Positions 1 through 13,330 of a stretch of 64,000 bases of DNA are shown piece after piece. The stretch's first letter is position 1. Every line of letters begins with the position of its first letter. A model generated the notes under the pieces. That model saw only the letters and a program-made list of their open reading frames with translations. It searched no databases and was not told where the DNA came from. The translations under genes and the position numbers were made by a program. Source of the DNA: Mobula hypostoma (lineage: Eukaryota); the NCBI RefSeq assembly GCF_963921235.1, contig NC_086098.1, forward strand, positions 62,001 through 126,000, written 5' to 3'.

Positions 1-950
1 CATGATCAAGTTGAAACTAATGGTGTTATGAAACTAAAGTGCTCCCCTACACAGACTTCTGTCACTTGTCCTAACAGGAGATCCAATATTGCATCCCCTC
101 TGGTTGGTACCTCTATATATTGATTTAGAAAACTTTCCTGAACACATTTTACAAACTCTAAACCATCTAGACCCCTAACAGTATGGGAGTCCCAATCAAT
201 ATATGGAAAATTAAAGTCCCCTACCACCACAACTTTATGTTTCCTGCAGTTGCCTGCTATCTCTCTGCAGATTTGCTCTTTCAATTCTTGTTGACATATT
301 GGGTGGTCTATAATACAACCCCACTAATGTGGCCATACCTTTCCTGTTTCTCAGCTCCATCCACAAGGACTCAGTAGACAAGCCCTCTAATCTGTCCTGC
401 CTGAGCACTGCTGTAACATTTTCCTTGACAAGCAATGCTACCCCCCCCCCACCACCTTTCATTCCTCTGCCTCTATCACATCCGAAACATCGGAACCCTG
501 GAATATTAAACTGCCAGTCCCGCCTCTCCTGTAGCCAAGTTTCACTAATTGCTGTAACATCATAATTCGCTCTGGCACTCTGGTTCCCATCCCCCTGCAA
601 ATCTAGTTTAAATCTTCCCTAATAGCACTAACAAACCTCCCTGAAAGGATATTGATCCCCCTGTAGTTCAAGTGTAACCCGTCTCTCTTGTACAGGTCCC
701 ACCTGCCCCAGAAGAGGTCCCAATGATCCTGAAATCTGAAACCCTGCCCCCTACACCAGTTCCTCAGCCACTTGTTCATCCTCCAGAGCATCCTATTCTT
801 ACCCTCACTGGGACGTAGCACAGATAGCAATCCTGAGATTACCACCCTCGAGGTCCTGCTTTTCAACTTCCTACCAAGCTCTCCATACTCTCTCCAGAAC
901 CTCCTCACTCTTCCTTGCTCTGTCATTGGTACCGATGTGCACCACGACAT
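1..950 (-). mobile_element. Degraded CR1 LINE fragment: ORF1 esterase C-terminus and ORF2 endonuclease N-terminus
   Basis: ORF1 end (RVVISGLL...HWDLFWGRWDLYKRDGLHLN...EDLN*) followed by APE endonuclease motifs (YDVTAISETW, GGVALLVK, YRPP, VGDFN, LDLLLG) in frameshifted ORFs 6..284 and 235..600. Confidence 0.9.
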
Positions 951-1297
951 CTGATTATTAATCCAATTATTAAAATTAACACCAAAGCCAAATTTCTCTA
1001 AAACATTATATAAATATTTCCATTCGACTCGATCGAACGCTTTTTCAGCGTCCAAAGATACAACACATTGTGGAGTTTTAAAAGAGGACAAATATATAAT
1101 ATTAAATAGTCTCTGAACATTTGTAAAGGAATAACGACCCTTTATAAAGCCTGTTTGATCTTTACAAGTAATTTTACCCAAAATATTCTCCAACCAATTG
1201 GCCATTATCTTTGACAGAATCTCAGCATCAACATTCAGTAGTGAAATGGGTCTGTATGAGGCACAATCAGTAGGATCTTTATCCTTTTTAAGAATTA

Positions 1298-1476
1298 GAC
1301 CTTAATACCATAAGGCAAAGGAGCAGAAATCAGCCATTCGGTCCATCGAGTCTGCTCTGCCATCTTATCATGAACTGATCCATTCTCCCATTTAGTCCCA
1401 CTCCCCCGCCTTCTCACCATAACCTTTGATGCCCTGGCTGCTCAGATACCTATCAATCTCTGCCTTAAATACACCC
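1298..1476 (-). mobile_element. Short 5'-truncated CR1 3' end inserted in L1
   Basis: CR1 3'UTR hairpin and degenerate tail; AATTA target-site duplication (1293-1297 / 1477-1481) splitting the L1 peptide SISLI|LKKDKD. Confidence 0.8.
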
Positions 1477-2493
1477 AATTAAAGAAATAGAAGACTCATA
1501 AAAAGTAGAGGGTAAGTCACCTTTCACAAAAGAATCCTTAAACATTTCCAACATATACAGAGAAAGCAACTTTCCAAATTTTTTATAAAATTCTACAAGA
1601 TAGCCATCAAGTCCCGGGGTCTTACCAGATTGCATTGAAAAAATTGCTTTATGAATTTCAGCTTCAGTATTTTGGACATCAAGAGTTTTTTGATCCTCAA
1701 AAATTTTAGGAAAAGCAATCTTTTGTAAAAAAGCATTCATTTCAGAAGAATCTACTGGACATTGAGATTTATAAAGTTCAGTATAAAAATCTTGAAAAAT
1801 CTTATTAATTTCTTCATATTCCTGAGCCAAGGTACCATCTTTCCTACGAATTTTCAAAATTTGCCTTTTGGCTCCAGTCACTTTTAATTAGGATGCGAGC
1901 AGTTTATTATTTTTATCTCCAGACATATAAAATTGGCTCTTTAACCTAAGCAAATAGCCTTCAATGGGATGAGTTAATAATAGGTTATATTGTGATTGAA
2001 GTTTCACCCTTTGTTTGAATAAATTAATTAGGGGAAATTGCATAATTATCATCTAAATCTTTAATTTGTTTTGAAATTCTATCTAATTCTGCTTTAGTCT
2101 GTTTTTTTTAAGTTTAGCTGAATAAGAAATAATCTGACCACGTAAAACTGCTTTAAATGTATCCCATATAACAAATTTGGACATATCCCTGATATCATTC
2201 AAAAGAAAACACACTTATCTGGGTTTCAATGAAACTAATAAAAGTCAGAATTTTGCAATAATGCCTGAGACATGCGCCACGGTAGACGGGCAAGGATAAC
2301 ACCATCAAATTCAAAAGACAGACTCAAAGGCACATGATCAGATATAGCAATAGCATCATATTCACAATTTTTAGCACTAGGCAAAAAGTGGGGATCAATT
2401 ATAATATAATCAGTCCTTGTATATTTTTTATAGACATATGAGAAGAAGGAATATTCTCTGTTATCGGGATGCAGATACCTTCACAATTCAATC

Positions 2494-3237
2494 AACCCTC
2501 CTGGCACTTATCCTTGTAAGCCGAACAAGTGCTACACATGCCCTTACACTTCCTCCCTCAGGGCTCCAGACAGTCCTTCCAGGTGAGGCGACACTTCACC
2601 TGTGAGTTGGCTGGGGTGATATACTGCATCCGGTGCTCCTGATGTGGCCTTCTATATATTGGCGAGACCCAACGCAGACTGGGAGATCGTTTTGCTGAAC
2701 ACCTACGCTCTGACCGCCAGAGAAAGCAGGATCTTTCAGTAGCCACACATTTTAATTCCGCGTCCCATTCCCATTCTGATATGTCTATCCACTTCTACTG
2801 TAAAGATGAAGCCACTCAGGTTGGAGGAATGACACCTTATATTCCACCTGGGTAGCCTCCAACCTAATGGCATGAACACTGCCTTCTCAAACTTCCGCTA
2901 ATGCCCCACCTCCCCCTTGTACCCTATCCATTATTTATATACACACACATTCTTTTTCTCTCTCTCCTTTTTCTCCCTCTGACTATACCCCTTGCCCATC
3001 CTCTGGGTTTTTTCCCCCTCCCCTTTTCTTTCTCCCGAGGCCTCCTGTCCAATGATACTTTCCTATCCCTTTTGCCAATCAACTGTCCAGCTCTTGGATC
3101 CATCCCTCCCCCTCTTGTCTTCTCCTATCATTTCGGATCTCCCCCTCCCCCTCTCAAATCTCGGCCCCAATCATCGACTGTACCTCTTCCTAGGGATGCT
3201 GCCTGGCCTGCTGCGTTCACCATCAACTTTTATGTTT
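2494..3237 (+). mobile_element. Penelope-like element 3' fragment (GIY-YIG endonuclease + pLTR)
   Basis: Manual translation PGTYPCK..KCYTCP..FTCE..GVIYCIRCS..GLLYIGETQRRLGDRFAEHLRS; pyrimidine-rich 3'UTR and pLTR shared with other copies; ribozyme core partly deleted. Confidence 0.88.
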
Positions 3238-3611
3238 CTATCATACGCCTGTTTCATTACCAGAGCAAATTTTGATCTTTGTTCCATTACCTCCCTCGGA
3301 TAATCTTCATAGCGACGGAGCTCAGATTCCATAAATCTAAAAATTTTGTTTTCTTGCCTGTCGCATTATTTGATCTTTAATTTTAAAGTGATGAAAGCAC
3401 ACTAGAACAGATCTTGATTTATGTGAATCCTTAAATTTCAAAGTAAACACTGTGTGCTCATTCTATAGCAGGCGGCTTTGATAAAACGGTTGGAAATAAA
3501 GTGTGAAAAAACTTACCAAAGTAAGCAATTAAATCTCCATCTTCAGCTCCTTCTTGCAGCCCAACAATTCGTATATTCTTTCGGCGAGACCTAGTTTCCA
3601 GGTCTATAATG

Positions 3612-4364
3612 CAAACAACAGGAATTCTGCAGATGCTGGAAATTCACGCAACACACATCAAAGTTGCTGGTGAATGTAGCAGGCCAGGCAGCATCTCTAG
3701 GAAGAGGTACAGTCGACGTTTCAGGTCGAGACCCTTTGTCAGGACTAACTGAAGGAAGAGTATGTAAAAGATTTGAAAGTGGGAGAGAGAGGGGGAGATC
3801 CAAAATGATAGGAAAAGACAGGAGGGGGAGGGATGGAGCCAAGAGCTGGACAGGTGATTGGCAAAGGGGATATGAGAGGATCATGGGATAGGAGGCCCAG
3901 GGAGAAAGACAAGGGGGGGGCGGGGGAAGGAGGGAACCCAGAGAATGGGCAAGGGGTATAGTCAGAGGGACAGAGGGAGAAAAAGGAGCATGAGAGAAAG
4001 AATGTGTATAAAAATAAATAACAGATGTGGTACAAGGGGGAGGTGGGGCATTAGCAGAAGTTAGAGAAGTCAATGTTCATGCCATCAGGTTGGAGGCTAC
4101 CCAGACAGAATATAAGGTGTTGTTCCTCCAACCTGAGTGGTGGCTTCATCTTGACAGTAGAGGAGGCCGTGGATAGACATATCAGAATGGGAACAGGATG
4201 TGGAATTAAAATGTGTGGCTACTGGGAGATCCTGCTTTCTCCGGCGGACAGAGCGTAGGTGTTCAGCAAAGCGGTCTCCCTGTCTGCATTGGGTCTCACC
4301 AATATATAGAAGGCCACATCAGGAGCACCGGACGCAGTATATCACCCCAGCTGACTCACAGGTG
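3612..4364 (-). mobile_element. Penelope-like element 3' fragment (GIY-YIG C-terminus + pLTR)
   Basis: Inverted homolog of 2494-3237; pLTR matches 57770-57942; hammerhead core mutated to CUGACAA. Confidence 0.88.
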
Positions 4365-6355
4365 CACCACTCAGCCCATAACCCTCCATTCCTTTCCTGC
4401 CATATAACCATATAACAATTACAGCACGGAAACAGGTCATCTCGGCCCTTCTAGTCCGTGCCGAACTCCTACTCTCACCTAGTCCCACCGACCTGCACTC
4501 GGTCCATAACCCTCCATTCCCTTCCTGTCCATACATCTATCCAATTTACTTTAAATGACATCAATTTCAACATATAGCTTTCCAATTTTACTTTAAATGA
4601 CAATATCGAACCTGCCTCTACCACATCTGATGGAAGCTCGTTCCACACAGCTACCACTGAGTAAAGAAGTTCCCCCTCTTGTTACCCCTAAACTTTTGCC
4701 ATTTAACTCTCAACTCATGTCCTCTTGTTTGAATCTCCCCTACTCTCAATGGAAAAAGCCTATCCACGTCAACTTTATCTACCCCCTCATAATTTTAAAT
4801 ACCTTTATTTAGTCCCCCCTCAACCTTCTACGCCCCAAAGAATAAAGACCCAACTTATTCAACCTTTCTCTGTAAATTAGGTGCTGAAATCCAGGTAACA
4901 TTCTAGTAAATCTTCTCTGTACTCTATTTTCTTGGCATCTTTCCTATAATTTGGTGACCAGAACTGTACACAATACTCCAAATTTGGCCTTACCAATGCC
5001 TTGTGCAATTTTAACATTTCATTCCAACTCTTATACTCAATGCTCTGAATTATAAAGGCCAGCATACTAAAAGCTTTCTTCACCACCCTATCCACATGAG
5101 ATTCCACCTTCAGGGAACTATGCACCATTATTCCTAGATCCCTCTGTTCTACTGCATTCTTCAATGCCCTACCATTTACCATGTATATCCTATTTTGATT
5201 AGTCCTACCAAAATGTAGCACCTCACATTTATCAGAATTAAACTCCATCTGCCATCTTTCAGCCCACTCTTCAAACTGGCCTAAATCTCTCTGCAAGCTT
5301 TGAAAACCTACTTCATTATCCACAACTCCACCTATCTTAGTATTATCTGCATACTTACTAATCCAATTTACCACCCCATCATCCAGATCATTAATGTATA
5401 TGACAAACAACATTGGACCCAGTACAGATCCCTGAGGCACGCCACTAGTCACCAGCCTCCAATCTGACAAACAGTTTTCCACCACTACTCTCTGGCGTCT
5501 CCCATCCAGCCACTGCTGAATCCATTTTACTACTTCAATATTAATACCCAACAATTGAACCTTCTTAACTAACCTCCCATGTGGAATCTTGTCAAAGGCC
5601 TTACTGAAGTCCATATAGACAACATCCACAACTTTATCCTTGTGAACTTTCTTGGTAACCTCTGCAAAAAATTCAATAAGATTTGTCAAACATGTGCAAA
5701 TCCATGTTGACTGTTCCTAATCAGACCCTGTCTATCCAATTTATATATACCGTCTCTAAGAATACTTTCCATCAATTTACCCACCACTGACATCAAACAC
5801 ACAGGCCGATAATTGCTAGGTTTACTCTTAGAACCCTTTTTAAACAATGGAACAACACGAGCAATATGCTAATCCTCCGGCACCATCCCCATTACTAATG
5901 ACATTTGAAATATCTGTCAGACCCCTGCTATTTCCACACTAACTTCCCTCAAGCACCAGTACTTCCTCTTCTTTAATCGTCATAGTTTCCATAACTACCC
6001 TACTTGTTTCCCTTATCTTACACCATTAAATATCCTTCTCCTTAGTGAATACTGAAGAAAAGAAATTGTTCAAAATCTCCCCCATCTCTTTTGGCTCCAC
6101 ACATAGACATCCACTCTGATTCTCTAAGGGAGCAATTTTATCCCTCACTATCCTTTTGCTATTAATATAACTGTAGAAAACCTTTGGATTTATTTTCACC
6201 TTACTTGTCAAAGCAACCTCATATCTTCTTTTAGCTTTTCTAATTTCTTTAAGATTCTTTTTACATTCTTTAAATTTCTCGAGCACCTCATTTACTCCAA
6301 ACTGCCTATATTTATTGTAGATCCCTCTCTTTTTCCAAACCAAGTTTCCAATATC

Positions 6356-6700
6356 TGTTGCAAGGACGTAGCGGGGGACGAACCCAAGTGCAGGACACAG
6401 ATGCTGAGGCAGAGTCATTAGGTGTAGCACCTCCGCGAACGGGGAGCCGATATCCAGGAGGCGATGTGAAGCTTAGAACTAACAGTTCTCAGGAATAGGA
6501 AACAAGGTTTACTCTCAAGAGTCGACCGACGAACTGGCGGCTTCTTGCTGTGGTCACAGGGTTTTTATCCTGCTGTTTGATGGGAAGCAGGTGCATGTGG
6601 TTAGTGATACCTGGGAATGATTGGAATGTAAATGAGGTGATCGAGGCCCAAATCTTGAGGCAAATGTCAAGGTGGGGGATTGCCAGACGGGACCATGACA
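6356..6700 (-). repeat. 3' LTR of Gypsy element (345 bp)
   Basis: Direct repeat of 12349-12695; preceded on the minus strand by a G-rich PPT (6701-6715). Confidence 0.95.
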
Positions 6701-7879
6701 GTCCCCCCCCCCTCAATGGGAGCCTCCAGGCGATTCCCCCCCCCCCCCCCCCGCCTGTCTGGATGGTCCTGATGAAAATCCTGGATGAGGGAAGGGTCTA
6801 GGATGAAGGAGCGGGGGACCTAGAAACGCTCTTCTGGACAGTACCCTTCCCAGTCCACCAGCTATTGGACACCCCTGCCCCGAAGGCGCACATCTAGTAG
6901 TTGTCGGACGGTGTATGCCCGATGGTTGTCGATGATACGGGCAGGTAGGGGAGTCTGGGCAGGGGGACACAGCGGTGTGATGGAAACTGTCTTTAACTGA
7001 GACACATGAAAGGTTGGGTGGATGCGCATGGATCTAGGCAGCTTTAGGCGGACCACTGTGGGATTGATTACCCTTTCAACCTTGAATGGTCCCAGGAAGA
7101 GAGGGGCGAGTTTTCTATGTTCATTCTTGAGAGGGATGTCCTTGGAGGCCAGCCACACCATCTGCCCAGGTTGGTACTCTGGCGCCGGGATGCGGTGTCG
7201 GTCGGCTGTCTTCTTATTTCGATTTGTTGATTTGAGTAGGGCCGTGCGCGTCTCCTCCCAAATCTTAAGGCACCGATTAATATGTTCCTGAACCGATGGT
7301 ACTACAATCTCTTCTTCTTGCGTGGGAGACAGCGGGGGTTGGTACCCAAGGGAACACTCGAACGGAGACCTCCCAATGGCAGAGCTCACCAGAGTGTTGT
7401 GGGCGTACTCAACCCACGGGAGGTGGTTGCTCCAGGTTAATAGGTTGTTTGCCGTTACGCAACTAAGCGTCGTCTCCAGGTCTTGGTTTGCCCGTTCGTC
7501 TGGGGGTGGAAGCCAGATGACAGGCTGACCGATGCGCCCAAGGCTTGGCAGAAGGCCTTCCACACTTGCGAGACAAACTGGGGACCTCGGTTGGAGACGA
7601 TCCCCGTGGGGATTCCGTGGAGGCGGAAGACGTGGCGGACGAGAAGATCTGCGGTTTCCTGAGAGGAAGGAGGTTTAGGGAGGGCCACAAAGTGCACCGC
7701 CTTAGAGAATCGGTCTACCACGGTGAGGACTGGTGTTTCCGCTGTAAGGGGGTAGACCGGTGATGAAGTCTTAGGCGATGTGTGACCAGGGACAGGTACA
7801 GGACGAAGTAGTCCCGCAGGTGGTCGATGAGGGACTTTTCCCCGGGCACAGATGGAACAAACAGACACAATACGGACGT

Positions 7880-8658
7880 ATGAGGTATTGCACGTTGGAA
7901 GGACAAACCAAGGTAGAACATACAGGGTTAATGGCAAGGCACTGAGGAGTGCAGTGGAACAGAGGGATCTGGGAATACAGATACAAAATTCCCTAAAAGT
8001 GGCGTCACAGGTAGATAGGGTCGTAAAGAGAGCTTTTGGTACATTGACCTTTATTAATCAAAGTATTTAGTATAAGAGCTAGAATGTTATGATGAGGTTG
8101 TATAAGGCATTGGTGAGGCCGAATCTGGAGTATTGTGTTCAGTTTTGGTCACCAAATTACAGGAAGGATATAAATAAGGTTGAAAGAGTACAGAGAAGGT
8201 TTACAAGGATGTTGCCGAGACTTGAGAAACTCAGTTACAGAGAAAGGTTGAATAGGTTAGGAATTTATTCCCTGGAGCAAAAGAAGAATGAGGGGAGATT
8301 TGATAGAGGTATATAAAATTATGATGGGTATAGACAGTGAATGCAAGCAGGCTTTTTCCCACTGAGACAAGGGGAGAAAAAAAACCAGAGGACATGGGTT
8401 AAGGGTGGGGGGGGAAGTTTAAAGGGAACATTGGGGGGGGGCTTCTTCACACAGAGTGGTGGGAGTATGGAATGAGCTGCCAGACGAGGTGGTAAATGCG
8501 GGTTCTTTAACATTTAAGAATAAATTGGACAGATACATGGATGGGAGGTGTATGGAGGGATATGGTCCATGTGCAGGTCAGTGGGACTAGGCAGAAAGTG
8601 GTTCGGCACCGCCAAGGGCCAAAAGGCCTGTTTCTGTGCTGTAGTTTCTATGGTTCTA
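7880..8658 (+). mobile_element. 5'-truncated CR1 (subfamily E) inserted in Gypsy integrase
   Basis: RT C-terminal peptides ([20 protein letters not shown]); tail TTTCTATGGTTCTA; splits the integrase HHCC region. Confidence 0.9.
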
Positions 8659-9766
8659 CAACAACGGGTCTCCCCCTCCATGGACGGCCACCAAAAGTGC
8701 TTCCTCAGGAGAGCCAGGGTCCGATCACTCCCGGGGTGGCAGGCGAACCGGGATGTATGCCCCCATTGGAGAACCTGGGACCTGACGGAGGCGGGCACGG
8801 ACAGGCGATCACCGGGTCCATTGCTCGGGTCGAGGTCGTCCCGCTCGTCTTCCTTTACTTTATCCTCGATCTCCCAAGTGAGGGTGGCAACCACGAAGGA
8901 AGGTGGGAGGATAGTCTCGGGACTGGAGGTGTCATCCTTGGAGTCATGCTGACGGGACCCCGCGTCCGACTTCCCGTTCTTGGATCCTGGACGGTACGTG
9001 AGGGTAAACCTGAACCGGCCAAAGAATAATGCCCAACAGGCCTGGCGAGAATTCAGGCGTTTGGCGGTCTGGATATATTCAAGGTTCTTATGGTCTGCCC
9101 AGACGATGAACGGGTGTTCCGGCCCCTCCAACCAGTGTCTCCATTCTTCCGACGCCAGTTTGACCGTTAGTAGCTCCCGGTTCCCCACGTTGTAATTTCG
9201 TTCAGCGGGAGACAGTCGGCGAGAGAAGGCGGCGCAGGGATGTATTTTCCGATCCGGGCCCGAAAGTTGGGACAGTACCGCTCCCACCCCGGAGTCGGAG
9301 GCGTCAACCTCCACAATTAATTGACAGGAGGGGTCCGGTTGAATCAGAACAGGAGCAGACGTGAAACACCTCTTTAGTTCCGCGAATGCTGAGTTCGCCT
9401 CGCAGTTCCCAAGGAATGTTGTGACAGCTGAGGTAAGTCGGGTCAGAGGAGCCGCCACCTGACTAGTTTCTGATGAACCGGCGACAGAAGTTCGCAAACC
9501 CCAGGAACCGTTGGAGTTGCTTGCGGTCGTGGGTTTGGGCCACTCCGTCACAGCCCGGATCTTCTCGGGATCAGCTCTCACCTGTCCGCTCTCGATGATA
9601 TAACCTAGGAAGCTGACCGATGGGACGTGGAATTCGCACTTCTCCGCCTTTACGAATAACTTATCCTTCCCCAGCCTCTGCAGGACTTGACGGACATGAA
9701 GAACGTGTTGCTGGGGACTGCTGGAAAAGATTAGGATGTCATCCAGACAGACAAACAAAGCGGTTA

Positions 9767-9910
<144 letters not shown>

Positions 9911-10012
9911 CTAGTAGGCGCTTCGTAGGTCCAACTTCGAGAAGATGGTGGCTCCGTGAAATGGTTCGAACGCAGAACTTAGAGGCAGTGGGTACTTGTA
10001 CTTTTATGGTTA

Positions 10013-10541
10013 TGTACCGGTCTTTTTTTTTTAATGTTAAATTTAAAATGGCTTCTTTGTTATGTTAAATGCTGAGGAAGTATAACTAGGCAATTGCTTG
10101 GGTTAATACAGATAGCAGGGTGCTATTAGCCAATGGGTGTTTATGTATCGTTTTGTTTTCGGATACCATGCTGTATCATATGACTGGGGACGGAGGAGAG
10201 ACGTGGAGGTCCCGGTCGATCACTCCGGGTGGTCCCGGTCGATCACTCCGGGTGGTCGTCAGGAATCGATTGAGCTCCAATTGTTGCACGCGAAGAACTT
10301 GGACTTTGATAAGTCTTGGGGCCTTTTTTTTTCATTACTTCCTTTTCTGTATTGAATTTATATTACTAATTCTATAACATTAATATCTAAAGTGTACTTG
10401 TTAAAATTTACTGGGTGTGCTGGCTGATGATTGATGTTTGGGATTGATTCGGGCGGCAACCGACTCCGTGGGAAGCTTTGAGGCAGGTGCTGGGTGGGAT
10501 TTCCCCTAGAGATATACGAGCCAATATAACTGAGCGTTACA
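10013..10541 (+). mobile_element. Solo LTR of a second LTR-element family inserted in Gypsy RT
   Basis: TGTA...TACA termini, 4-bp TSD with one mismatch (GTTA/GTCA), splits the RT motif CIDYRGLN..|..KYPLP; homolog at 24641-25347; orientation inferred only. Confidence 0.78.
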
Positions 10542-11237
10542 GTCATAGGATTTAGGCCTCGGTAGTCGATGCAGGGACGTAGGGAAGAACCCTACGCCCA
10601 CCGGGGAGGATGAGGGTCGGATGATGCCCGCCGCGAGAGATTCACTGATGTAACCCTCCATTGCTTCCCTCTCTGGCCGGGACAAGTTGTACAGCTGACT
10701 GGTGGGCAGAGGAGCTCCGGGGAGAAGGTCGATTGCACAATCGTATGGTCGGTGTGGAGGGCGGGAAAGGGCGCGTTGTTTACTAAACACGTGTCCCAGG
10801 TTGTGGTACTCCGCTAGAACCCTAGACAAGTCGGGGGTTCAACTGCAGATGGGGTCGAGGTGGTTTTCACAGGGGGAAGGGCCGACTGCAGACAGGTGGC
10901 GTGACAAAACGGACTCCAGCTGGCTACCCTCCCGGTGGACAAGTCAATGCAAGGGTTGTGGCGGCTCAACCATGGGTACCCAAGAGCTATTGGGGCTTGA
11001 GTGGAGGAGATCAAGTTAAATTGTACCTGTTCCCGATGGTTCCCCGAGAGAATCAAAGACAGTGGCGGGGTATAGTGAGTCATTCGGGCCAGAAGTCTTC
11101 CGTCCAGTGCCCGGGCTTCCAGAGGGGTAGTCAACGGCTCTCGAGGAATTCCGGCCTGGGTTGCTATATCTTCAACAGATTCCCCTCAGCACCGGAGTCT
11201 ATCAAGGCAGATAAAGACAGGGACTGTTGGTTGTAGC

Positions 11238-12332
11238 TTACAGTAGCTTGGACTTGCATCCGGGATTGGAGGACAGAGGGAATGTGGTCTGGCTCACCAG
11301 GGTCTCCCTTTCTACGGGTGCGCTCTCCCCTTTTGGCCGAAGAGAACAGGTGTCACGAAAATGGCCAGACTGACCGCGATAGAAACAATACCTTGCTCTT
11401 AATCTCTGGAGCCGCTCGGAGGGAGAAAGACGGCTCCGTCCCAGCTGCACTAGTTCCTCTCCCGGGGTGGTGGAACCGGCCGGGCCGGATGCTATTCTAG
11501 GAGTGGGAGGAGGAGGGAGGTTAGGGCTGGGAGTAGATGGTAAAGCATGCCGTGGGGTGGCCAAAGGACGACCGGTTCTCTCTCTTTGTCGTTCTCGGAG
11601 TCGATTGTCCAGCCTGGTGGCTAGAGAGATCAATGAATCCAGGCAGTTAGTGTCATCCCTAGCCGCCAACTCGTCCTTTACCTTGTCACAGAGGCCTTGC
11701 TGGAATACCTCCTGGAGTGCCTCATCATTCCAGCCCGAGTCGGCCGCTAGCGTCCGGAACTCCACGGAGTATTCTGCAACACTACGTGAGCCCTGGAGGG
11801 TGAGTAGCCACTTAGCGGCATCTTTACCACAGACGGGATGGTCAAAAATCTTCCTTATTTCTGAGATGAAGGTGGTGAAGGAAGAGCAGGTCTCTGGCTG
11901 ATTATCCCAAATCGTGGTGGCCCACGCTAAGGCATTTCCTCGTAGTAACCCCATAATGTAAGCTATCTTAGATCTGTCCGTGACGTACGTGGATGGCTGA
12001 TGCTCGAACACGAGGGAACATTGTAGCAGAAAAGCCCGGCACTTCCCCAGATCTCCGGCGTAGGGTTCTGGTTCAGGGACGCACGGCTCCCTTAGCGGAT
12101 GTGTTGTTGACGCCTCGGGCGTCGCCACCACAGACTGTCCGGGCTGGTCAGATGGAGTCCCCGGAGTAAGATGGGTGGATACTTGGTCAACCTGTTCACT
12201 GATCTTTCTTACGTCTACAGACAGGCGACGGAGGTTTTCCATGACTTCCCGGAGCAGCTGATCGTGCAAGCCCAATAGGGAGCCCTGGCTGGCGAGGGCT
12301 TGTTGCAGAGGATTAGTGTCCGCTGGGTTCAT
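11238..12332 (-). CDS. gag: Gypsy Gag (PEG10/RTL1-related capsid) with degenerate CCHC knuckle
   Basis: ORF 11238..12380, probable ATG at 12332 (MNPAD); motifs PEPYAGD...CRAFLLQC, QGSRSVAEYSVEFRTLA...WNDEAL, CFYRGQSGHFRDTC. Confidence 0.85.
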   Translation of the reverse strand: MNPADTNPLQQALASQGSLLGLHDQLLREVMENLRRLSVDVRKISEQVDQVSTHLTPGTPSDQPGQSVVATPEASTTHPLREPCVPEPEPYAGDLGKCRAFLLQCSLVFEHQPSTYVTDRSKIAYIMGLLRGNALAWATTIWDNQPETCSSFTTFISEIRKIFDHPVCGKDAAKWLLTLQGSRSVAEYSVEFRTLAADSGWNDEALQEVFQQGLCDKVKDELAARDDTNCLDSLISLATRLDNRLRERQRERTGRPLATPRHALPSTPSPNLPPPPTPRIASGPAGSTTPGEELVQLGRSRLSPSERLQRLRARYCFYRGQSGHFRDTCSLRPKGESAPVERETLVSQTTFPLSSNPGCKSKLL

Positions 12333-12348
12333 GTTGGCCAGTTCGTTC

Positions 12349-12695
12349 TGTTGCAAGGACGTGGCGGGGCACGAACCCAAGTGCAGGACACAGATGCTGA
12401 GGCAGGGTCGTTAAGCGTAGCATCTCCGCGAACGGGAAGCCGATATCCAGGAGACGATGCGAAGCTTAGAGCTAACAGTTCTCAGGAATAGGAAACAAGG
12501 TTTACTCTTACAAGAGTCGACCAACGAACTGGCAGCTTCTTGCTGTGGTCACAGGGTTTTTATCCTGCCGTTTGATGGGAAGCAGGTGCGTGTAGTTAGT
12601 GACACCTGAGAATGATTGGAATCTAAATGAGGTGATCGGGGCCCAAATCTTGAGGGAAATGGCAAGGTGGGGGATTGCCAGACGGGACCATGACA
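12349..12695 (-). repeat. 5' LTR of Gypsy element (347 bp)
   Basis: Direct repeat of 6356-6700; lies just upstream of gag; contains TATA-like GATAAAAA (12557-12564). Confidence 0.95.
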
Positions 12696-13330
12696 ATATC
12701 CCTTGAAAACCATGGCTCTCTCAAACTTTTAACCTTTCCTTTCAACCGAACAGGAACATAAAGATCCTGTACCCTCAAAATTTCACCTTTAAACGACCTC
12801 CATTCTCTATTACATCCTTCCCATAAAACAAATTGTCCCAATCCACTCCTTCCAAATCCTTCCACGTCTCCTCAAAGTTAGCCTTTCTCCAATCAAAAAT
12901 CTCAACCCTAGGTCCAGTCCTATCCTTCTCCATAATTATTTTGAAACTAATGATATTGTGATCACTGGACCCGAAGTGCTCCCCAACACATACCTCCGTC
13001 ACCTGTCCTATCTCATTCCCTAACAGGAGATCCAACACTGCCCCTTCTCTCGTTGGTACCTCTATGTATTGCTGCAAAAAACTATCTTGCACACATTTTA
13101 CAAACTCCAAACCATCCAGCCCTTTTACAGAATGGGCTTCCCAGTCAATGTGTGGAAAATTAAAATCACCCACAATCACAACCTTGTGCTTACTACAAAT
13201 ATCTGCTATCTCCTTACAAGTTACAGAGTGAGTGAGTGGGCCAGTGAAGGAGTGGAGCTTTGAGGCTTTGACTCGAGAGGCTTTGACAAGAAGAGGCGGA
13301 GGACAAGCTTGCTCGCAGTTAGTCTTTACA

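Larger units (their letters stand above)
951..3611 (-). mobile_element. Fragmented L1-clade LINE (pieces ~951-1297, 1477-2493, 3238-3611)
   Basis: RT motifs DQTGFIKGR, SLDAEKAFDRVEW, SYRPISLLNVD, GKTPGLDGY; ORF1p-like peptides read manually (DLETRSRRKNIRIVGLQEGAE; RRYEDYPREV); AT-rich, many disablements. Confidence 0.85.

Noticed and set aside
603..1205. 200-aa ORF joining L1 RT to CR1 ORF1 esterase
   Set aside because: Chance in-frame junction of two decayed elements at ~950; both parts are truncated
11240..11345. Gag-pol -1 frameshift signal in the Gypsy element
   Set aside because: Protease is in the -1 frame to gag, but no canonical heptamer is visible and a decay indel appears to confound the phase
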